DNA from: Alkanindiges sp. WGS2144
GTDB taxonomy: Bacteria; Pseudomonadota; Gammaproteobacteria; Pseudomonadales; Moraxellaceae
Assembly: GCF_043950625.1 (NCBI RefSeq)
Contig: NZ_CP171007.1
DNA length: 32,000 nucleotides
Reading direction: 5' to 3' (one strand)
The notes beneath the pieces are model-generated. The model had not been told where the DNA came from, did no database searches, and worked only from the letters and a program-made list of their open reading frames with translations. The translations under genes were made by a program, and so were the position numbers. Shown here piece by piece: positions 8,514-15,804 of the stretch (position 1 is its first letter; each line of letters starts with the position of its first letter).

Positions 8514-8588
8514 CTTCACTGTTGAGTAAACAGCTTAGAAATATGATCAATTAAACTCTTGTTCACTGCCATATAGGCAGCTTAGATT
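8514..8588 (+). ncRNA. Degenerate mini-CRISPR / crRNA-like gene (CreA- or CreR-type): psiR1 8514-8541, 19-nt spacer 8542-8560, psiR2 8561-8588. It is inverted relative to the cas operon and the main array
   Basis: psiR2 is GTTCACTGCCATATAGGCAGCTTAGATT, 25/28 identical to the array repeat (one change in the loop, two at the 3' end). psiR1 is CTTCACTGTTGAGTAAACAGCTTAGAAA, 21/28 identical. It keeps the 8-nt 5' handle CTTAGAAA, and its stem is changed from CTGCC/GGCAG to CTGTT/AACAG, which is compensatory. Confidence 0.75.
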
Positions 8589-8625
8589 CTAGGCTTTATC
8601 AGGCTTAATCCCTGATAAAACCTAG
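8589..8625. other. 15-bp stem-loop (14/15 paired) straddling the cas2-3 stop codon
   Basis: CTAGGCTTTATCAGG (8589-8603) pairs with CCTGATAAAACCTAG (8611-8625). The 7-nt loop contains the cas2-3 stop (8605-8607). There is no U-tract on either strand. Confidence 0.4.
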
Positions 8626-11600
8626 CCAGTCATGGTATAACCATTTTTTGTTGTCCTGTAGCGTAGGCAAGTTCAGGCTTAAGTATCGACTACAATTATC
8701 CTGCCATTCATACTCTGATGAAGTTGTAACCAAATATTTGCTCAAAGCGTTTTCAGGCTTTTGGTTCGGCCAGCAGTGTATCTGCGGATTGACTTCAAGC
8801 TCTACTCTTCTCATTAGACTTTCTTTAAGCAGCCAATTACCTGTGTCCTGATTGTATTGCTGTAGTTGAAGTGATTGTTCTAGATGCTCTGCTCGTAATG
8901 CATGTAGGGATTCTGGCTGCGACTTTCTAAATTTACTCAAAGTTTGCAGAATACCTGTGTAATGAATGAGCGTGCTCCAGAAACTATAGGCAGGAAATTT
9001 TATGGGAGATAATTCACCAAATATTCTCATTTCTGGGCAGATTCCGTGCCCCAACAGTATGTGATGCATACGGTCATGCTCTAAATCCACCAGAGCTGGA
9101 TAACCAAATTTGTCATAATTTGCTTTCAAGTACATAGCTGGTGGCTGCTCTAACCTCGCAATTGCATCCAGCTGTTTAAAATGTGCCTTACGCAGTAAGC
9201 CATTGTCCACGCTATCATTGCGTGCTTTTAAAAAATGTCGATTGGGCAGAAACTTAAAACCCTCCGCTTCAAAACCAGGGCGCGAGAAACAGGCTTGTTG
9301 CGGATGCTTAAAGTGACGAATATTACTTTCCATTAAAAATACATTGGACTGTGCATAAGGCTCAGGTCGATGTCGTCGCGTACGCCCAGAAGTTTGTATG
9401 ATGGAACGCATGGATGAGGGCTCTAGAATCATCCAGTCATAGTCATGATCTCGTCCGACTTCGCATACTGGCGACGCCAAAACTAAAATAACGTGTTGTT
9501 GTTCTGGATATCGATTAAGCCAGCCTTGTACTAGTTGATGATCATGAGGCTGCTGTCCCTGATTACGGTCTAATAACTCATCCAGATATTTTTCAATATT
9601 TGCCCGAATTAATAGGGGAAACCGCGAATGATAAACACATAAATGAATACGAACATCTGGATCAATCTGCTGTTTTAATAATAGCTGTGCAATAGCAGCG
9701 AGTGGATCAATATTGGCAAAACGAACTAAACCAACGCTATATTGCTTGCCTGTTTTAGGATCCGTAATTGCATTTAAGTGATGGGCTTTTAGTGTTGTAG
9801 TGAGTATGTGCTGAGTAAAAATTTGCTCCCATTTCTCAGAAGAACTGATTTGCCTTGGCAATCCAACCCATTCTAGCGTGCGCCGATGAATTAAAGGGGC
9901 TTGTGCCTTTAAATAAGCCACACGATTTTTGGTAAATTTTCTATGGGCTTTTAAAAAAACAGGATTGGCTTCAGAGCTACTGATTGCGGTATTACAAGGG
10001 ATGACTTCATGACAAATACTTTTTTCATTTTCATCAAACCATGCGGCAATGATGGGCTGATTAGCCTGGGTGCGATGTGCATTATAAAATTTACGTCCTG
10101 AACTATAAGCCAGATATAAACCATTGATTTCAGCAGGTGTCAGGGTTGCAGAAGAAAGTAAAACCCGACTTCCCATTAAGCCTGCCCAATAAACCAGTCG
10201 CGCCAACGCATAATAATCTTCAGGTGAAAAATCATCGGGCTCATCAAAAACTAGATCCGAAGACATCAGGCGCAGCATGGGAGCAATCTGACGGCCACCA
10301 CGTGTACTCTCTGTGGCAGGAATCAGATGATCTATAGTGCAACATAAAATAGGGCTCATCAGCATTTTTTTGACTTGATGGTTACCCTTTAACCATTTGG
10401 CAAACAGATGATCAGCAGGTAGTATGCCTTCAAAGTCAATCTCAAGTTCGTCAAAATCAATATTAACTCCCTCTTCATAAAGTCCAGTCAAAGATTCTGA
10501 ACCCATGGTTTCAGCCAGTTCAGGATTAGTTTCGGGGTCAAAATTTTGCAGCTCTTCATCAATAATCTGGGCTGAAGTATTTTGACTGTACTGCTCAAAA
10601 ATTTCCTTAACTGCGCCACCACCTACCATAATGGCTAAATCAGTTTCATCCAGATTTAGGCGTTGACGTAAAGCCTTGCCTGTTTGCAAAGTTAAGGTGC
10701 GTAGGCCTAAAGCCACATTAAAACGTGCACCTTTCTCAGAGTCGGCCAGACCATACATGATGCGTGTATTCGCAAGCGTTTTACCTCGGCCTGTTGACGC
10801 TAAATTCACCCCGAAAAAGCCATGGTTTGGATAATTTTTCTGGATAAAGCGAGCTTCCTGATAAGATTTATCCTGCCACTTGTAATAGCTATTGTTGGTT
10901 TTACTTTCTAAACTTTTTTGTGGTGGTAAACGCTCAAATAGCTCATCCATGCGGGTAAAAGCGCCCATTAACTGCCGTACAGATTGACTTACGCCTATCA
11001 GATGATCATCTAAAGGCTGTTTTAGTTCACCCGTTTTATCTGTATTGGCATAACGCGTATAAGTCTTATCATGCCATTTTGGCGTTGGTTCACAGCTTGA
11101 ATAATAATGATCAGACAGCATTAAAGCCAAGCGGGAAATATGACTGATGTAAGGATCAGATAAATTTGGAGGGGAACCTGCTGGTATAAGCTGTTTGAGT
11201 TTTATCGCGCAACTATTTACCTCTTTACACCATGTTTTGCTATTAAAAGGGATATGTTTAGCTTCTATATTCCAGCACTGTTTGATTTCTTTTGCCCGAT
11301 TTTTATCATCTGCTTCGTAATGTCGTGGGTAACACCATTTGAAATTAAGCTCATCTAGCACAAAATCAAACTTTGCTAGAGAATAGTCCTTGTCTTGGCT
11401 TTTATCTTTACCCAGTAAATAGCTGGGTATAGGCAGTCGGTGATGAGAAACGATGAGCCACGCCACTATCTGAGCAATTTGCGGTAAGTCCTGAAATGGT
11501 GATAACAGGATAGCTTGATCAGGATGATCCTTAACCAGTGCCTCTAGCCAGACATAGTCTACGTTTTGAGGTGAAAGCGTGGTTAATTTTTCAATCCATG

Positions 11601-12117
11601 CCTTGTCATTTGTTCCGCACGCTTTAACGAATGCCTCAAATAAGCGTAGCGACACCCATTCATGCCGAAATGGATCAGCTATCGGTTTTTTATTAAATTT
11701 AGCATTGGCTAATTTTTTAGCAAAAAATGGATTAATTTTCCCAAAGTCATGAAATAAGGCCGCAATACGGCTCAGCGCTGTGATCAATGCTGCTGTTTGC
11801 CAATTGGTATCGCTATAGTCCAGTTTAATTGGCTTAACCGTTCTATTGACTGGCACATGGCCTTCGCTATTAAACTTACTACGCTGTCCCACAATCCACA
11901 TCAATTCACTGTGCCGCCGTGAACGTATCCAGTGGCAGGACACCGCCGTATTTTTACTGGCAGTTTTACGTAACAAGCGTTTCGCTGCCAGCAACCCATC
12001 CTCAGTAATCACCGTTTGCCAGGTATTATCCCCAATGCGGTTGGCAAAGGCATCCAACACACGGCGGGTACGCGGCAGGGCTTTTTTCTCGCATTGAGAA
12101 ATAAAGGTAACAATCAT
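8605..12117 (-). CDS. cas2-3: Cas2-Cas3 fusion (Cas2/3 nuclease-helicase, 1170 aa)
   Basis: N-terminal Cas2-like domain, an HD nuclease motif (LFHDFGK...SHH), a helicase Walker A (STGRGKT) and a DExD-like box (FDEPDDF). Its ATG overlaps the cas1 stop (ATGA). Confidence 0.97.
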   Translation of the reverse strand: MIVTFISQCEKKALPRTRRVLDAFANRIGDNTWQTVITEDGLLAAKRLLRKTASKNTAVSCHWIRSRRHSELMWIVGQRSKFNSEGHVPVNRTVKPIKLDYSDTNWQTAALITALSRIAALFHDFGKINPFFAKKLANAKFNKKPIADPFRHEWVSLRLFEAFVKACGTNDKAWIEKLTTLSPQNVDYVWLEALVKDHPDQAILLSPFQDLPQIAQIVAWLIVSHHRLPIPSYLLGKDKSQDKDYSLAKFDFVLDELNFKWCYPRHYEADDKNRAKEIKQCWNIEAKHIPFNSKTWCKEVNSCAIKLKQLIPAGSPPNLSDPYISHISRLALMLSDHYYSSCEPTPKWHDKTYTRYANTDKTGELKQPLDDHLIGVSQSVRQLMGAFTRMDELFERLPPQKSLESKTNNSYYKWQDKSYQEARFIQKNYPNHGFFGVNLASTGRGKTLANTRIMYGLADSEKGARFNVALGLRTLTLQTGKALRQRLNLDETDLAIMVGGGAVKEIFEQYSQNTSAQIIDEELQNFDPETNPELAETMGSESLTGLYEEGVNIDFDELEIDFEGILPADHLFAKWLKGNHQVKKMLMSPILCCTIDHLIPATESTRGGRQIAPMLRLMSSDLVFDEPDDFSPEDYYALARLVYWAGLMGSRVLLSSATLTPAEINGLYLAYSSGRKFYNAHRTQANQPIIAAWFDENEKSICHEVIPCNTAISSSEANPVFLKAHRKFTKNRVAYLKAQAPLIHRRTLEWVGLPRQISSSEKWEQIFTQHILTTTLKAHHLNAITDPKTGKQYSVGLVRFANIDPLAAIAQLLLKQQIDPDVRIHLCVYHSRFPLLIRANIEKYLDELLDRNQGQQPHDHQLVQGWLNRYPEQQHVILVLASPVCEVGRDHDYDWMILEPSSMRSIIQTSGRTRRHRPEPYAQSNVFLMESNIRHFKHPQQACFSRPGFEAEGFKFLPNRHFLKARNDSVDNGLLRKAHFKQLDAIARLEQPPAMYLKANYDKFGYPALVDLEHDRMHHILLGHGICPEMRIFGELSPIKFPAYSFWSTLIHYTGILQTLSKFRKSQPESLHALRAEHLEQSLQLQQYNQDTGNWLLKESLMRRVELEVNPQIHCWPNQKPENALSKYLVTTSSEYEWQDNCSRYLSLNLPTLQDNKKWLYHDWLGFIRD

Positions 12118-13076
12118 ACTTCTGCCCCCGGTTTAAAGGACAACGCCGCCGCCTTTACCTGATCAAACATCCAATCCAAACAGCGATGCTCAGTAAATTT
12201 CTGCAAAATCTGCTGGCGGAATTCCTGCTCGGTCGCTTTTTCCTTGGCGCAGACAAATGCCCAGGGCAGCACGATAGCATCCTTAATGAGATCAGCCACA
12301 TCAAATACCAACGCACCGCGGCGAGTTTTGCCATGCATCACAGCAAAACCATGTGGAATGCCTAAAACCCAAAGTGTGGTAGCAGCAAGTCCGTATGCCA
12401 GATAGTTGCCATGATTTAAAAAATCATTGGCTAGGTCGCCCTGCTCATGATTACGGTTAAAATCCGCTGCGCCACAACGCGTGGCAGCGGCTTTATACAG
12501 TTGTTTGGTGGTCATGGCTTCAGCCAGCAAAATATCGCCCACTTTATCCAAATAGCCTAGCTTCTTTTCAAAACCCGCTAAAGCCTGCTCAATATCGCGG
12601 TCATCAATATAAAAACCTTCAGCTTGCAGATCGCGGTCTTTTGCCCAGATCCTGCGGATAAACTCAATACGAGCCTGCTGGAATTGCTTGGCAACCGTTA
12701 AACGCTTGGTGTCATCAAACCAGAATTGCATCCAGCCTTGCATGTATTCAGTAGGCCGATATTCACTTTGCGGCGTCATCCATTCAATTTCACAGCCCAT
12801 AAATAGCGGTGTGCCACCTCCACCAGTAAAACCGACCAGTACCCCGGCACTAGCCAGCATCCGCATAGCGGCTTGAGTAATAGAGGTGCCCGTACCCAGC
12901 ATAATAACCGTGGTATTGGCAATCGGAATATTCCAGTACTGATTTTCATTTTTGGCTTCGGTTAGATAAAGCACGCGGCCATCTTTTTGCATCACCCGAC
13001 AATGCTCAAGATAATAAAGATTAGCCCGCTTGGAGTGCAAAATGGCTTTCAAATCCGACGGGTTGAGCTGTTCCAT
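12114..13076 (-). CDS. cas1: Cas1 integrase, type I-F (about 320 aa from MEQLNPSDLK; the ORF track extends to 13136)
   Basis: Near-collinear with Pseudomonas I-F Cas1 as remembered (SxLKxILHSKRANLYYLxHCRV, WNIPIANTT, GTGTSITQAAMR, HGKTRRGxLVFDVADLIKD). The start was chosen by that alignment; upstream ATGs at 13106 and 13136 are possible. Confidence 0.96.
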   Translation of the reverse strand: MEQLNPSDLKAILHSKRANLYYLEHCRVMQKDGRVLYLTEAKNENQYWNIPIANTTVIMLGTGTSITQAAMRMLASAGVLVGFTGGGGTPLFMGCEIEWMTPQSEYRPTEYMQGWMQFWFDDTKRLTVAKQFQQARIEFIRRIWAKDRDLQAEGFYIDDRDIEQALAGFEKKLGYLDKVGDILLAEAMTTKQLYKAAATRCGAADFNRNHEQGDLANDFLNHGNYLAYGLAATTLWVLGIPHGFAVMHGKTRRGALVFDVADLIKDAIVLPWAFVCAKEKATEQEFRQQILQKFTEHRCLDWMFDQVKAAALSFKPGAEV

Positions 13077-13144
13077 AGTGTTTAAACCAATCCATGTTTT
13101 CTTCATTATTACTTTATTTTTATAAAAAACCATCACTTACTTTT

Positions 13145-13173
13145 AGTATAGCGTCGTAAAATGTCGCCCACAA
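13145..13173 (-). promoter_or_regulatory. Candidate cas1/cas2-3 promoter
   Basis: On the minus strand: TTGTGG (13173-13168), 17 nt, TATACT (13150-13145). Confidence 0.4.
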
Positions 13174-13194
13174 AAAAACCAGCCGAAGCTGGTC
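13171..13194 (-). terminator. Rho-independent terminator downstream of the permease gene
   Basis: On the minus strand: ACCAGC-TTCG-GCTGGT followed by T7. Confidence 0.7.
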
Positions 13195-14443
13195 ATTTTG
13201 AACAACAAGTGTTTTAAGCCTTTTTACGCTTCATCCACAAATAACCGATCAGCAAAATCAACAGCCAAATCGGACTTACAATCAATGACTGTCGGGTGTC
13301 TTCTTCCAGTGCCAAAATACCCACGGTAAAAATAAAAAAGGCAATGACGATGTAGCTCATCAACACTCCGCCCGGCATTTTATAAATCGACTGCGCATGC
13401 AGCTCAGGCCGGGTTTTGCGGTACTTAATATAAGCAACCATCACCACCACCCATACACTAATAAACAAAATGGTCGATAGCGTGGTTGCCAGGGTAAATG
13501 CACGCAAGGTATTGGGCACAAAGTACTGGAGCAGGGCTCCACCCATAATAAACGCACACGATACCACCAGCGCGTTAGAAGGTACTGCCGCCTTTGACAA
13601 CCTACCAAACATGCTGGAGGCCTGATTATCCTTGGCCAAACCAAACAGCATACGACTGGTAGAAAACACCCCACTATTCATGGATGACATGACTGAAGAC
13701 AACACCACCAGGTTCATAATAATGGCAGCGGTTGGAATACCTGCCATCAAGAACAGCTCTACAAATGGGCTTTTGTCCGCCACCACTTGCCGCCATGGGG
13801 TGACCGACATCACTACCATAAGTGCCAGCACATAAAACAGAATAATCCGGAGCGGAATGGAGTTCACGGCCTTGGGCAAATTGCGCATGGGGTCTTTGGT
13901 TTCTGCGGCTGTAGTACCCACCAGCTCAACCCCCACAAAGGCGAAAATGGCAATCTGAAAACCAGCCAGAAAGCCGTGACTTCCATTGGGAAACATGCCG
14001 CCATCATTCCATAAATTGGCAAGCGATGCGGTACTACCACCAGGCGATTGAAAACCAGTGACCACCATGTATGCGCCAATCACCACCAGTGCAATAATAG
14101 CAATAATCTTGATCAGGGCAAACCAGAACTCTACCTCGCCAAACAGGCGCACGGTGAGCAGGTTTAATCCCAGCAAAAACAGCACACAGCCTGCACTAAT
14201 CGCCGCACCGCCCAGCGGGGTAAACTGCTGACCTTGCGGCAGCCAGAAGGTTAAATAACTATTAATAGCCGCAAGATCGGCAATACCAACCGTGATCCAG
14301 CATAACCAATACGTCCAGCCCATAAAAAAGCCGACTTTTGGCCCTAGCAAATCATGGGTTAAATCAATAAAGGATTTATATTGCAAATTGGATAACAATA
14401 ATTCGCCCAGCGCCCGCATGACGAAAAAAATCATTAAGCCAAT

Positions 14444-15326
14444 AGACCTCTTGCGAAAGTCGTTATTGCAAGTTCATCCGGTTTACCAGTGCAGCGATTA
14501 AGTTAATGCGTAAACCGAATCTTTTCCGTCGATTTCGATAGCGTTCACTTAGTATTCTAAATCTTTTCAATTGACTGTTAATATGTTCGATTACAACTCG
14601 TATTTTTCCAATCATTTTATTGTACTTTTTCTCAACATCAAATAAGGGTAAATTCTTCTTTTTCTTTATTGGCATCAATAATTTAAAGCCATCTTGCTCT
14701 AACCCATAGTACCCTAAATCGGTCATAACATATTCAAAATGTTTGAATTTTTTTACTGTTTTTCTTGCCAATTTAATATCATGCTGACTGCCAGACGATA
14801 TATCTACTCCTATGATTTGTTTGCTCTTCGGATGATAGATCACTTGGGCTTTTAGCGTATGTTTCTTCTTTTTACCACTGTAGAACTTACTCTGATTTTT
14901 TTTTCGGGCGTTCTATTGAACATTCTGTAGCATCAATAATGACCCAGTTAAATTGTTCGTTTGCTGTGGTAATGCTTCGTTTTGGCAAGGTAAAACGTCT
15001 TGATTTCATTAATGCATCTTCAACCTTTTTAATAGTTCGATTCACATTACTTTCAGCGATATGGTAATTTGCAGCCAATTCCAATTGAGTGCTGTAATTC
15101 CGTAAGTAATTGAGTGTTAATAATAATTGATCCTCTATAACTAAAGTATGAGGACGCCCAGATTTCTTTTTAAGTGATTCTGCTTCTTTTAAAACTTCGA
15201 CCATTTCACTAAAAACTGGTCGAGGTACACCAACCAAGCGCTTGAATTCAGAATCTGAAAAACGGTTTAATTTCTGATATTTCATGAAATCTATATTGAG
15301 GCAGTTTTTACTTTCGCAAGAGGTCT
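14444..15326 (-). mobile_element. IS5-family (DDE_Tnp_4 / PIF-Harbinger-like) insertion sequence, 883 bp
   Basis: Perfect 17-bp terminal inverted repeats, AGACCTCTTGCGAAAGT at 14444-14460 and its reverse complement at 15310-15326. A 3-bp target duplication AAT lies at 14441-14443 and 15327-15329. Confidence 0.9.
14463..15285 (-). CDS. IS transposase in two frames (orfA 14887-15285, orfB 14463-14843) joined by a +1 shift at an A9 run
   Basis: orfA carries an HTH and the first catalytic D (IIDATECSIERPKKK). The +1 frame continues QSKFYSGKKKKHTLKAQVIYH... with MTDLGY and IEHINSQLKRF motifs. The A9 run on the minus strand is at 14896-14904. Confidence 0.85.
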
Positions 15327-15804
15327 AATAATCATATAAATAAACAAAATAGAAGGTCCAGCTAGACTAATCGTCTTGCCAGAACCCATAAACAGGCCAG
15401 TACCAATCGCGCCACCAATGGCAATTAACTGTAAATGTCGGTTGGATAATTTACGCTGCAAATGGTCTGGCGATGACTGAGTATTGGCATCATCAAAGGA
15501 GGTCATAAAAAGTAGTTCCCAGGTTTGTTATGCCCCGCTTATAAGCAATAATTTATTCCACAAGCACCAGTATTTATTGGAGGATTAACCCTAAAAATGC
15601 TGGCACTATGTGTGGCATCCCTGATTGGTATGGGGCAAATTTAAGCCTGCTCATTTAACAATGAACTACCGGGTAGACACAACAATTTCCTGTGGTATAA
15701 ACACAATTTTGTACGACATGCCATGACGCTATACGATCATGGTTTTAGGATTTTACAGCTAAAACCCGCTACACTATTGTCCATTTAGTAAAACAACGGA
15801 TGCC

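Larger units (their letters stand above)
13214..15506 (-). pseudogene. cycA: APC-family amino-acid permease (CycA-like D-Ser/D-Ala/Gly transporter) interrupted by an IS element
   Basis: The N-terminal fragment (15327-15506) ends ...GPSILFIYMII. The C-terminal part (13214-14443) resumes GLMIFFVMRALGELLLSN. Once the IS and one copy of the 3-bp duplication are removed, the two join seamlessly in frame and match the remembered CycA motif GPSIIFVYMIIGFMLFFVMRAMGELLLSN. Confidence 0.85.

Noticed and set aside
8651-8685. Repeat-like fragments (ctgtagcgtaggcaa, gttcaggcttaag) inside the 3' end of cas2-3 as a possible third degenerate repeat
   Set aside because: They are only short, gapped similarities, they lie within coding sequence, and their spacing from psiR2 does not fit a spacer length.
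15291-15506. 71-aa ORF as an independent small membrane protein
   Set aside because: It is the N-terminal fragment of the IS-disrupted permease, reading into the IS inverted repeat (…YMII|RPLAKVKTASI).
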